A stretch of DNA of 64,000 nt from Eledone cirrhosa (lineage: Eukaryota). Made by a program: the position numbers and the translations under genes. The notes beneath the pieces were generated by a model. The model had not been told where the DNA came from. It did not search any database and worked only from the letters and a program-made list of their open reading frames with translations. Each line of letters begins with the position of its first letter. Positions within the stretch are counted from its first letter, which is position 1. The stretch lies in assembly GCA_964016885.1 (NCBI GenBank), contig OZ024741.1, positions 222,146,001-222,210,000 of the forward strand, given 5' to 3'. Of this stretch, positions 36,760 through 49,800 are shown piece after piece.

Positions 36760-39565
36760 ATCATCATCATCATCATCATTTTATGTCCGCTCTTCCCTGC
36801 TTGCAAGGGTGTGACGGGTCTTATTCAGCACAGCATCTCTCCACTTGTCACGGTCCTTCGTCATCTCCACTGTGAGCTTCAGCGATCTGAGGTCTGTTCT
36901 CACCACCTCCGCCCATGTTTTTCTTGGTCTACCTCTACCACGTCTTCCTTCAACTGGCAATTCCTGGCACTTCTTCACCCATCGGTCATCCTCCATGCGC
37001 ATCACATGTCCATACCACCACAGTCTCCTCTCCCGTACACTACATTCTATCCCTCTCAGACACAGTTTCTCTCTCAACACATTCATGCTGGGTCGTTCAC
37101 GCACATTGACATTGCACATCCAATGGAGCATGCTAGCCTCATTTCTCTCCAGCCGTCGCATATCCTCTGCAGTTGCTGCCCATGTCTCACTACCATGCAG
37201 CATCGTGCTCCTTACACAGGCATCATATAACCGGCCTTTCGTACGCAGGGAGAAACCCTTCTTCGCCAGCAGAGGAAGCAGCTCCCTAAACTTCTTCCAA
37301 CCCGTCCTTATTCTAGATACTATAGCCTCGGAACACCCCCCTCCCATTCTAATCTGATCTCCTAGGTACCAGAAGCTATCCACCACTTCTATAGCACCCT
37401 CCTGCATTTGAAAAATGTGTCTATCAATGCGACTTCTGTCTAATTTGCTTGTACATCTACTGCATACGTATTTCTCCCTACCTGTTAGTTTGCCTGCTAT
37501 CCCGCTACATCTCTTGTGTACCCAGGATCTGCATTGTGTGCATTTTATAGAATTTATGCCAGTTCCTTTTCTGCATATTGAACATGGCCATTTCCCTGAC
37601 GGAATCAGAGTGTTGTCCTCTTTTCTACTCATCAACACTTTTGTCTTAGCTAGGTTCACTCTCAATCCTCTTGCTTCCAACTGCTGTTTCCATAGCCAGA
37701 ATTTATTCTCTAGCTCCTCTACTGATTCTGCTATAAGAACCAGATCGTCAGCATAGAGAAGTTCCCATGGACAGTCAGTCTTAAACTCCTCTGTTATGGC
37801 TTGGAGGACTATAATGAACAAGATCGGACTGAGGACTGAACCTTGATGTACTCCTACTTGTACCTGGAATTCCTCATTAAACTCCATTCCTACTCTGACT
37901 TTACTGACAGTACCTCTGTACAATGTTTGCACTGTCCTCACAAGCCATTCCTCAACACCTAGTTTCCTTAGAGACCACCAGATGAGAGATCGGGGTACCC
38001 TATCAAAGGCCTTCTCTAGGTCAACAAAGGCTTAGTGGCTTATTTTTCTCTAAGAACCTCTCTTGAAGAGGGCATCTGTTGTACTCTTCCCAGGTACAAA
38101 ACCAAACTGCATCTCTAGTTTGACCCTTTCTCTAATTAGTTGTGCTAGTATTCTTTCTGCCACTTTCATAACCTGATCCATCAGTTTTATACCCCTATAA
38201 TTGCTCCTCTCCAGAGCATCCCCTTTACCTTTGTAGCAATTTATGAGAATACTGCTGCACCAGTCTTTGGGTATGACACCACCATATATAGCCTGATTGA
38301 TGATGCGCGCAACCAACCAGCTTAGTGCCTACGTCCCTTGATGCCTTCAGCATCTCAGCAACTATCCCTGATGGTCCAGCAGCCTTACCATTTTTCATTT
38401 CCTTAATCGCCTCTTGGACCCTATATTCGTCAATCTCAATAGCTGGTCCCTCTGTCGGATCTACTGAGGGTAATTTCTCTCTCTCCCATTCGTTCTCTAC
38501 ATTCATCAGTCTCTCATAATGACATTTACAGGCCTCCTTTTTCTGATCATTCGTGACACTAAGTACACCAGCATCATTCCAAACACATTTATCTCCAACA
38601 ACATCCTGATTTGCATTGACACACTGCCTTGCAATGTGGAACACCACACGCCTCTGATCTTCCCATCGCAGAACATTGGCAAACCTCCTCCGCTCAGCCT
38701 CCATGTGTGCTAAGTACACCTGACGTCTAGCTTCTCTCTTAGTGGCTGTATATCCTTCCCTACTCCCACCCTTTTTCCAAGCCTTCCATGCTAGTCTTTT
38801 GTCTCTAATGGCCTTATCTACTGTGCTGTTCCACCACCAGGTCACTCTCTGTCTGGTTGGAGCTCTGCTCCAGCCACAAGTTTCATCAGTAAGTTGTCAC
38901 GTAAGAAATTCCAGTTATTATCTGTCATATGTCTCTAAATCGTCTTCTTTTTCGTCATACACATTTTGAAGGGCTTTCCTAAATTTGTAATTTAGTGAAA
39001 GGTCTTTTAGCTTCCAGACCTTTCTTCTCCACACCTTCCTGTATGTCTCATTCCATCTCTTGCTTACTGAGATATCACTAATGACTAACCTATGCTGTGG
39101 GGTACATTCTTCCCCAGGGTATGTCTTGGTATTAGACACTATCTGCCTGTCCCTCTGCCTAACTAGTAAGAAGTCAATCTGGCTTATGTGCTCGCCTGAT
39201 TTGTAGGTTTCTTGAAGTTAGTGTTGCAAATGGTTAGTGCACTTGCATCACAAAATTCAAGAAGCCTCACTCCTTTGTTTCTTGAGCCGTAACCATGCCC
39301 ACCATGTACCCCAGTGTAACCATCCTGGAGCTGTCCAACATGACCATTGAAGTCCCCTGCTAGCATAATGATGTCTCCGTCCTCTGTCATTGCGGTTGTT
39401 TGTAAAAGTTGCTCGTAAAAGCAGTCTTTCTCTTCTTTGCCTAGGCCTGCTTGTGGAGCACAGGCAGAGATGATTGTCAGTAGTCTCCTGCCTACAACTA
39501 ATCTAAGCTTAATTATTATCACTAACTCGAACTACCTCTATTGTCTTATTGATCCATCTCCCACT
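36760..39565 (-). mobile_element. RTE-clade LINE, 5'-truncated, with several frameshifts
   Basis: APE (LAGDFNGHVG), NYRGIKLM, QFGFVPGKSTTDA, GVHQGSVLSP, LLYADDLVL, PHD-like CxxC insert, GRGRPRKTW; (GAT)n tail at 36760-36780. Confidence 0.93.
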
Positions 39566-40519
39566 AATTGGGAATTTGCATTGTTATAATTACATTGTTT
39601 ATTGTTATTGTTTTTATTTTCGCCTCAAAATGAAGGGCAGATTATGATGTATGTATGCGAACAGCAATGTTGAATGGCAGTGAGACCTGGGCACTGTATG
39701 CAGAGGACCTGCGAAGATTGGAAAGAAATGAAGCCTGCATGCTCTGATGGATGTGTAATAATAGTATGCATGAATGGCAAAGTATAAATGAACTGAGAGA
39801 GAAACTAGGCCCAAAAGCGGTCAGATGCAGTGTGCAAGAGAGGAGATTGCATTGGTATGGCCATGTGATGTTTATGAAGGATGATAGCTGTATAAAAAGG
39901 TGTCGAGCACTCTCAAAGTTGATGGTAGCTATGGAGTAGGAAGACTTAGGATAAGGTGGTAAAAGCTGACCTTACACAATTGCACCTCTCAAATGCGATG
40001 GCACAGGACCAAAATCTCTGGCGTTATGCAGTAATACAGATGACCCACTGTCCCATGAGCACAGGCTGAAGTATACATTTAGTATGCACCACTTTCGCCT
40101 CCATCCCCCTTTCATACACCTCCCACGCCCTACTCATGTCTTAACACTCTACCTCCATACCTACCTCCCCCATCCACACACACGACCCTCACCAAAGTCC
40201 CCAGCCTATACTCATCGACTCCGTAAGGAAGAAAGACAAAGCTAACCTCGGCGAGATTTGACCTCATAATTGAAAACACAATTAGAGAATGAACAGAAGA
40301 AAAAAGTCAACGAGGTTTGAAGAGAGGGAGAGGGAGAGGGAGAGGGGAGGGATAAGCTAATGGCAGAAAGAAAGAAAGCGAGGAGGAAGGTGAGAATTGT
40401 GGAGAGGAGAAAAGGACAAAAAGGAGAGAGAGAGAAAGGAGCAATTTACTTGGAAGTGGTGTTGGTGAGAGGGAATAGAACTAGAGATAATAACAAAGTA
40501 TGTTTGTATCACAACATGT

Positions 40520-40532
40520 ATTACCTAGCAAC
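40520..40532. promoter_or_regulatory. RFX X-box upstream of CFAP69
   Basis: ATTACCTAGCAAC (reverse complement GTTGCTAGGTAAT), about 215 nt before the ATG of a ciliary gene. Confidence 0.6.
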
Positions 40533-40744
40533 CACAGTTAAATGTGTCTGTCGAGAGATTTCTATTAATGTTAATAGAGGATGTTAAAAAGCCATATTTT
40601 TGTAATCTGAAATGGATAAAAAAAATGTCTTAAGCCATCAACAGAACTAAAGTATGGAAAAATAAGAATACATGGTTTTTGTTACAATTCAAAATAGCAT
40701 GCAGTAAATTTCTTTGAAGATTTTTATTATCTTGGAAAAAAGAC

Positions 40745-40834
40745 ATGGCAGCGGCGACGACAAAAAGAACTTCATTGACTACAGTTCAAAACAAAGATAA
40801 AATACCTATTATTAAACATAATACCACTGATGAA
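40745..40834 (+). CDS. CFAP69: CFAP69 probable first coding exon ([10 protein letters not shown]...TTDE)
   Basis: ATG in a good context (gacATGG), GTAAGT donor at 40835, phase 0 matching the next exon; poorly conserved sequence. Confidence 0.65.
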
Positions 40835-43800
40835 GTAAGTGTAGATTACATGTTCTTGTTATTGTTATTTCGAGGATGGTGGGCTGAAAGAATCATTAGA
40901 ACGTTGAACAAAATCCTTTGCAGTATTTGTTCCGACCCTTTACCTTCTATGTTCAAATCCCGTCGAGGTCAAAATTTCATCCTACACGTGGTGGTCGATA
41001 AATATTTTTATTTACTGGTTAGTTCTATAAATAACATTACAAATAATTAAAAAAAGGAAAGGAATAAAAAGAGAAAAAGAAAGAAAAAAAACACAAGCAG
41101 GTAATACATACATCTAGGATCACATACAACAAAGGGCAGGCGAAAGGGGTGAACAACCGAATCGATACCAGAGTAAAAGATAACAGTATCGTGAGGAGCA
41201 CTAGAAAACCTCTAATAATTTTTGAGGCAAGCCAGCACACTCGCAGAGTTACCTCGGGTGATGGCGAGGCTGATGCGCTAGAACAACCAAGCACCCTCAC
41301 GAGCATCATCAGTTACCTCAGTTAGGCGAGCCGCCAGTGAAGATAAGAACCTCGCAGTTAGCGGCTCGACTCCCCCAAACGTCTCGATCATCACAGACTG
41401 GAACATGACAGATCACGGCTGCGGAAGCAGTAGCTCCCGCCCTAACCGCAACATTCAGGATATGGGAAGAAGCAAAAGAGTCACTAACTGTGACGTCCCA
41501 GATAAGGCACCTGCCTCTTAACCAGGGGCACAGGGTAAGACGGTCAGGTTTCCCCCACTAATTCTGGACAACCCAGACGGTTCCAAAATTGAGGGGATGT
41601 TTGCCCGGGCCAAAGTTCTCTTGAAATAATGTGTCAGTCAAGTACTGGGGTTGATATAATCGACCAACACCCCTCTCAAAATGTCTGGTCTCTAAATTAC
41701 AATGAGTTATTTCGATGTTGTTTAACCGTGTGCGGTGAATTTGTGTTAATGTTGACCCTGGGGGGACTTGAACTTCGAACACTAAACTAATATTGGCTAC
41801 TGTAATATAGGGATATTTTAGTTTAGTTATAGAAAATAAGAGAATAAAATAAAAGTGAAGGAAACTGAAAGGTAATGGAGAATAAAAGGCACGTGTTTTT
41901 TCGTTGTAAATCTTTATCTTGTAAATTTATTTTTTATTGGTAATATATAATACATATTTAAAAATTAGTAATATATATTACATCTCAATGAATAACATCT
42001 CTTAGAAAACATAAAGTTTGCTTTAAAACCATTGATGATTATATAAATATGAAAAAGAAAGATAAAATTCAAAATTAAGTAATAAGAAAAAGGGGAAGGG
42101 GCAAAGAAGGGCAGATGTGGCTGTATGGGAAAGTAGAGGAAAGGACTATAAATGCCATAAATGAGAGGAAAAGGAAGGAAAAGCAAGGACTCTAGGGCCA
42201 TAGAAGAAAAGGAGGGGGAAGGAGAGAGGATGATGGGCTCTGGGTCTAGGGCGCAGGGGTGTTTGGGTCGCGCCCTACAGACAAAATTGCAAAGGTATTC
42301 CCATGGACAATGGCCAGCGACACCTGCTGCAACAGCCACCCCACCTTGCGGGGCACCTTCCTTAGATGAACTGTTGACATTCCAATCTTGCAGTGGAACT
42401 TGGTAGTATGAGGTCCAAGGATGCTTGAGATCTCAACAGCGGCCTAATAGTCTCCAATAATTGTTTGTCTTCTAGTCCTCTGCATTGTGGGCCACAGTAC
42501 TGGGGTTTATGGCCAAAGCGACTAAGTTGGAGGTGGAGAATGTGTCACAACATATGGCATCCCAGATGAGGGATTTACTTTCTTCGAATGGGAAGAGGGT
42601 AATTCTGTTGGGGTGCTTGCCATCACCACGTGATGGGAAGCCTGTTATGTCCAGGCTCCTTCTCAATATGTCGTTGAGAGTGGCATGTTGGGGGAACTGG
42701 CCTGCGATCTTGTGGCATGACAGTGGGTGCAGGCCAAACTTGTCAATGACAGCCTCACATTTGTGTGCCTCACGCATACGGATGATGCAAGTGCACTCAT
42801 CATCAGGAAAGGGTACTGGTTGATGAGAAGGGCACTGAATTGAGTCAAGCACCACTGTTTGGCTGTGAAGCAGATCAGAGGCAGGCAAGGTTGTGTTGGT
42901 CCAAGTCAGATTTGATCTGCCTGAAGAAAGACCTGTTTTTGATGTCATCCCAGTTACGTTGGACATTTATATACAAGAGGACAGAGAGGCCTTTGCCTGC
43001 CCAGTTGGCCAGAGCCGGCTCAAGTTCTGGGGCCATCCTCTGGGTTGGTTTTAATGACAATGAGAAGAGTGCGAAAACCGACACCCCTTGCCTTGTCTAA
43101 ACATAGAAATGTGATCGAATGAAACAGTTTGGCCAATCTCTGATAGGTTTGTGGTTGAGTCTGTGGCAGTGGAAACTTCAGGCGTTCTTGGCCCCTGGAT
43201 CACATCCTTACTTACTGCTACCAAGGTGGAGTTGGGTACTCACAAGAGTGAGCCCCGCCAGCTGGAGTGGCTGTTCCAGCACATCTTCTGGTACAATGTC
43301 TTCTCCATTCTGTCTGCTGGGACCATGAGGTGGACTAACCCTTAAACAGAGAGGATTTACCCCAAGAAATAGAATAAGACAGAACCAGACAGAATTCTGT
43401 TTCTTTATTCAACTTTACTGCTTAATTAAATAGGTTTTTTGGTGATATCGGTATCTACTTAAAAACCTATTTGCTTTACCGATGTATCAGGTGATGATTG
43501 GCTATTCCAGAGCCTTAGCTTCTCTATCACCCGTGGCAGTGTTGTGAGTGTGTTGGCTTGCCTAAAAAATAAATTACAGTGAGGGTCTAGCGCCCCCTGT
43601 TGTGGTGTATAATTGAATGGATGGGTTCCCTCGCCTATATATTTCTTCATTAGACAATCGTCGTTTTCTCGCTTGTTTAGTTTTTGATTGCATTTTCTTC
43701 TTTTTACTAGTTATAAGTCAATCTGAACATAAGTGTCATTAGAATATAGTTTTTGTTTCATAACTCCATTACGTATTGCTTTTTTACCATTTTATCAGTT

Positions 43801-46800
43801 ATATAGTTTCAACAAGTTACTCGAATGGGAGAAATTGAAAGCAAGATATCAAATAAGAGACCTTTGTACAGAGATTCATAGAGTTAAAAACAAGGCTTTA
43901 TTGATACAATATACAGGATTCAGGAACACGTCTCGGGGGGGTCTCTGCTCTTCAGAGAGGTGCATCCTCATGAGGTGGAGAGAATACTCTGCTGATCTTG
44001 AAAACTTAATCACAACAACATCTTCTGATGTACTCAAGGTGCATCTGAGAGCGATGACTAATCTCTCGGTGGCTTGGATCTCTGGAATGGCACCTAAACA
44101 ATGGCAATTAAGAGTGATAATCCCAATTTTCAAAAAGGGAGAGAAGAGATTGCTCCAATTATAGATGAATCTCCTTGTTAAACCTCCCTGACATGTGAAG
44201 ACAGTAAAGTATGACATTTGCTTGATGGTGGGGTAGAATGTTGGGAACTGTTGGTTCTGTGATAAACCTCTTGTTTTAAAGTATTTAAATTAAAAAATAA
44301 TGTTATGGAAAAATATCTTTGTTAAGCTATCAATTAAACAGTAGCTTATTAATATGGTTATTTTACTAAATTCCTTCAAACTGTTGATTACTTAGAAAAT
44401 TAAATTTAAAACGTGGTGTATTTCATTAGAATATTGTAGTGAAACGGTTAATTTGGTTTAAACTGAGGCAGTGAAATACAAACTTCTGAAACAAGAGCCA
44501 ATTTTATGGTATTTATTCCAGTTGTTTGCGCTCTTGAATACTGGGGTTTGATAAAATATAATCCCTGTCCTGGGCAGTGGATTGGTGAAATCATTAGTGT
44601 GTTGGACATGATGCCATGAGGTATTTTTTCCAGTTCTGATTTCAAATCCTGACATAGCCAGTTTGGATGGTTCTTGAATACTTTTAGCTGAATCTTTGCT
44701 GCAAGCATTAAGACCAGGTTTCCAGTTTAGGGAAACCTTCCATTCTTCATCCCACCAGTCTTGGAGGCCCTGAAAAGGGTCATGGGCTCTGCCTCTACCC
44801 ATACCCCATATCTAATATTACTGCTAGGACAAAAAGATCACATCAGTCATCTAGAAAACACACATGGTGATATGAGGTTGTTTTTTTGAAAACAAAACGA
44901 ATATTATTATTATTATTGTGGATTGGCAGTATCGGTAGAGGGTCGGACGCCATGCTTTCCAGCATAGTTACGTCCCTTTACGATCTGAGTTCAAATCCCG
45001 CCGAGGTTGACTTTGCCTTTCATCCTTACGGGGTCGATAAAATAAACTACCAGTAATGCACTGGGTAATTGCTGGCCTTGTGCCTAAAGTAGAAACAATT
45101 ATTATTATTATTCACTAGTTACGTCCCTTTACGATCTGAGTTCAAATCCCGCCGAGGTTGACTTTGCCTTTCATCCTTACGGGGTAGATAAAATAAAGTA
45201 CCAGTAATGTACTGAGTAATTGCTGGCCTTGTGCCTAAAGTAGAAACAATTATTATTATTATTCACTCATGAATACATAGGTATCCACCATATTAGAGTG
45301 AAAACATTTTGTTTATATATATATAGGAAAAGAGTCAGGACCCCGGTGGCTGAGCTCTGGCCATTTCGACAACTAGATCAGAACTAAGCCACAGAAGTAT
45401 TAAAACAGCGGGAATCTAGCTGAACTTATCAAGGGGTACAGTCCATATATGGGCATGCAGTGAAAACCAAAAAAGTAGAAATATGAAATCAAACAATCCT
45501 AAAAAATTGTTGTTTTTCTTGTCTGTCACGGGGAGTGGTCAATGATCTGGGATATCATGTACATAACGGGAAGGGGGGGGGGGGGTGAACTGGTCTGTAG
45601 AACAAAGGGCAGGGAGTAAGAGGACACTCTGACCTGTGGGTGCCAAGCCGGTCAGGCATTAAAGAGAAATCTTTACAACTATCTTTCATTTATAGAGATG
45701 GCAATCTAGAATTCAAAGGGGTAAGAAAGTAATTTCAGCATGTAAGAATCACGGAGAGTTGTTAGAGTGTAAGTAAATATGCCAAGTCTAATACTTAGCT
45801 AAAGAGCAAAGCAATTAGATGTTAATACTAGGAATTTAATTAGTATTAACATCTATTTGCTTTGGTAGAAAGGATATAAGAAATGGAAAAAATGAAACGA
45901 AATTTCATTTCTCACTCTTAGTACGGCTGTTACTTAAATATAAGTATGTATACGTACATACATATATGTATACAGACGTACAGTAGTATGTATATATATA
46001 TACATACATGCATACATATATATATGTACGTATGGATTCACCGAACATTTATTATAATGCTCGGTGTGTTTGTAAACAAACATCCCGAATTAAGCCGTAC
46101 AGTGTTTAGCAACCATCGTTGCTCATTTGTTCAACACTGACAAAGGATCGCTGTACTAGTTTCAAGCTTATTAGTTATCGTCAGCAATGTATACCTTCCT
46201 GCCAGATGATCGAACGTCTGAAAGTATATACCTTCCTTATGCATATTAACGGCTGAGCAGCCTAATTTGCATATCGAGTGAGTTAATCGGCCGGGGTACC
46301 GAAAACGATAAACGGAAAAAATGAAACAAAATTTCATTTCTCACTCTTAGTACGGCTGTTACTTAAATATAAGTATGTATACGTACATACATATATGTAT
46401 AAGGAAAGTATACGTAATATGGATAAGGAAAGTATATACTTTCAGACGTTCAATCATCTGGCAGGAAGGTATACGTTGCTGACGATAGCTAATAAGCTTG
46501 AAACTAGTAGAGCGTTCCTTTGTCAGGGTTGAATAAATGAGCAACGATGGTTGCTAGACACTGTACGGCTTAATTCGGGATGTTTGTTTACAAACACACC
46601 GAGCATTATAATAAATGTTCGGTGAATCCATACGTACATATATATATATGTGTGCATGTATGTATATACATACTACTGTACGTATGTATACATATATGTA
46701 TGTACGTATACATACTTATAGATATAAGAAATGATATTGAATAATGGTGGTGAAATTACTGATACAAAATGGGGCGATGCAAACTGTTGTGGTGAAGTGT

Positions 46801-49800
46801 ATGGTGCTAGTGGTTTGTGTGTGCCTCAATGGTATGTGGTATGTGTTGGTGCAGGTGAGGGTGGTGGATGTATGGTGATGTGTTTAGTGGCGGGGCATAT
46901 GGTAATGAATGCAACCTAATATTTACAGGATAAAAACTTGAAAAGGGTTACAAATTAAAAATTAACAAGGATAACAGTGGTAATGAAATGAGATATGGTG
47001 TGAAAAAATAGTGGTAGTTATTCCTATGTTGTGTTTAAGTTGTTATGGTTTGTTCGTGGCATCTGCCTGAATATCAGGCCGGAGAAAGTATTCTTCCTGG
47101 TGTTTATTAGGATTTCTGATCTCATATATATATATATGTTTGTACTTGTTTGATTAAGTACCTAGTTGTGGTGGGGTGGCTTATGTACTCTTTTGATCTT
47201 GGGGGTGCTATATTGGTTTTGAGACCTACTATGCCGGATAGAAGCCAAACTTAACCTTAACCCTTTACTCTATATACACTATTGTATTTTCATGGTAAAG
47301 GCTTTATTTCTCAATTATCTCACATAATATCGAATCTACGAGATTTTGATGTTATTTATTTTGAGAACAAAACCTCAACATAAGTATGATCAGCCAGTTA
47401 TGGCCGGTTTGAACAGAAAGAGGTGAAAGAATTCTGGCTGGATATGGCCGGTTTAAATGCTAAAGAGTTAATTGCTAGAGAAGTAAACCTCAATGACAAA
47501 AAAAGAAATCTCACCATTGGGTGGCAACATGGTAGATGTGTGACATTGGTGGAGGAACTAGAGTTAAGGCAATGGTGATTCATACTGAATGCTGAGTGGA
47601 AGAACATTAGATAGATTACAACACACAGACTGTGTCTGTGTACTAAAATAAAAAATGAGATTCATATGTACTATACATGCACCTTTGACGAGTTGTAGTG
47701 CACCTGAGCACTGTACACAATAATTTCATCACTATTATTATTTATTATTATTAGTTCAAATCCTGCCGAGGTTAACTTTGCCTTTCATCCTTACGGGGTC
47801 GATAAAATAAAGTACCAGTAATGTACTGGGTAATTGCTGGCCTTGTGCCTAAAGTAGAAACAATTATTATTATTTCATCATTATCATTGTACACATTCAC
47901 ATTAATATGGCTGAGAAAATTATATAATAAGAAAAAAATATAAGTTTCCTGACATGGTCAGAACCAGAGAACAGAACTTTGAGGATGATACATATGTTGA
48001 ATTTGTGTCTTTTAGGCTGTCAACATCGAACCTATGAACTTGCAAAAAATTGTAAAACTTCTCACGGATCCTTTTTCAGTAAGTATCAGTGATTTATTAC
48101 ACTCCCCCATTATTTACTTCATAATTATTTCTCGGTCTAAATTGAAGTTAATCTGCATGTCTCAACTGAAACTAATCTGTTGCTTTAATCCTTTAGCATT
48201 TACATTACTCTATATTTACTATCATATTTTTGTGGTAAAGGTTTTACCTTACATAATTATCTCACATAATATCGAATCTATGAGATTTTGATATTATTTA
48301 TTTTGAGAACAATACCTTAAGTATGAGCAGCCAGTTACAACTGGTTTGAAGAGAAAGAGGTTACAGAATTCTGGCTGGATATAGCCAGTTTAAATGCTAA
48401 AGGGTTAAATACATGCTAATCTGCAGATCTAAATTAAAGTTCACCTACATGCCTAAGTTGAAGTTAACCTACCAGTCTAAATTTAAGTTTACCACTCTAA
48501 ATTAAAATTAATCTACCAGTCTAAACTGATGTCCATCTGTAGTCTAAATTTCAGTTGATTATATTTATATAAATATCCAGATTAGATATATATGAATAGA
48601 ATGGCAAAGGCGCATGGCTTAGTGGTTAGAGCAATGGGCTTGCAATCGAAAGGTTGTGAGTTCAATTCTCAGACCGGTGATGTGTTGTTTCCTTGAGCAA
48701 GACACTTTATTTCACATTGCTCCAGTTTACTCAGCTGTAGAAATGAGATGATAGGACTGGGGTCCCTATCATTCCACTGTAAAGTGGACATGTAGGTACC
48801 ACGGCAAAAAAGCACCCAGCACTCACTGTAAATGAGGTTGGTGTTAGGAAGGGCATCCAGCTGTAGAAATCAAGCCAGAATCAGTTCCCGTAAGAGCAAG
48901 ACAAGGTCAGTCGACCGAACACTGCCACAACAAGACAACCTGTCTAACCCATGCTAGCGTGGAAGAATGGGCGTAAAACGGTGATGATGATGAATGGACT
49001 TGTGTCAGTTTTGATGATGAATGTTTTAGTTGTTCAATCATCATCATTTTTACGTCCATTTTCCACGCTTACATCTCTCCATTTGCCGCATTTCTTTGTC
49101 ATCTTGTCTCACCACCTCTACCCAGGTTCTTGGTCTACCTCTACTGCGGCTTCCTACCACTGACATTTCCTGGCACCCAACAATCATCATCCATGTGCAT
49201 CATATGTCCATACCAATGCAGTCTTCTCTCCTGCACATCACCTCGGATTGCTCTTAAACCCAGTTTCTCCCTCAGTTCATCCAAGCTCTGCCTTTCTCTC
49301 ACATTTACATTGTACATCCAACAAAGCATGGCTGCTTCATATATATATATATATATGCCAATACCTAGGCTATATAGCAGTACCCAGTAAATCAATATTA
49401 TATATATTTATACGGTGAACAGCAAATGCCCACAGGAAACAAGCACTATCAAATTCTTGGAAGGTTCCGTAGAAGCAGTAGACAGCTTCTGCTACCTGGG
49501 TAACCAAATCAGCTGTAGAGATGGGTGTTCTGAAAGTACAGTAGCCTGAGTGAGAATTGGATGGAAGAAGTTCAGAGAGCTACTACCAGTGCTAACTACA
49601 AAACGTTTTCCCTTCAAAATGAAGGGCAGATTGTATGATGCGTGTATATGAACAGCAATGTTGCATGGTAGCGAGACCTGGGCACTGTGTGCAGAGGACC
49701 TGTGAAATTTGGAAAGAAATGAAGCTTCCATGCTTCGATAGATGTGTAATAGTAATATACATGAACAGCAAAGCATAAATGAACTGAGAGAAAAACAGGG

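Larger units (their letters stand above)
45885..46720. mobile_element. Approximately 300-bp-arm inverted repeat plus direct duplication; each arm carries a hammerhead motif (PLE pLTR-like)
   Basis: Arms at about 45939-46248 and 46414-46720; 45885-45972 repeated directly at about 46314-46400. Confidence 0.8.

Noticed and set aside
36721-37756. Plus-strand ORFs of 113-170 aa
   Set aside because: Antisense shadows of the RTE reverse transcriptase.
42360-43345. Twin-priming 5' inversion of a single CRE-like element
   Set aside because: The minus-strand piece already contains its own AVE.S.ILGP C-terminal motif (about 42400-42445), so the plus piece is a separate copy.
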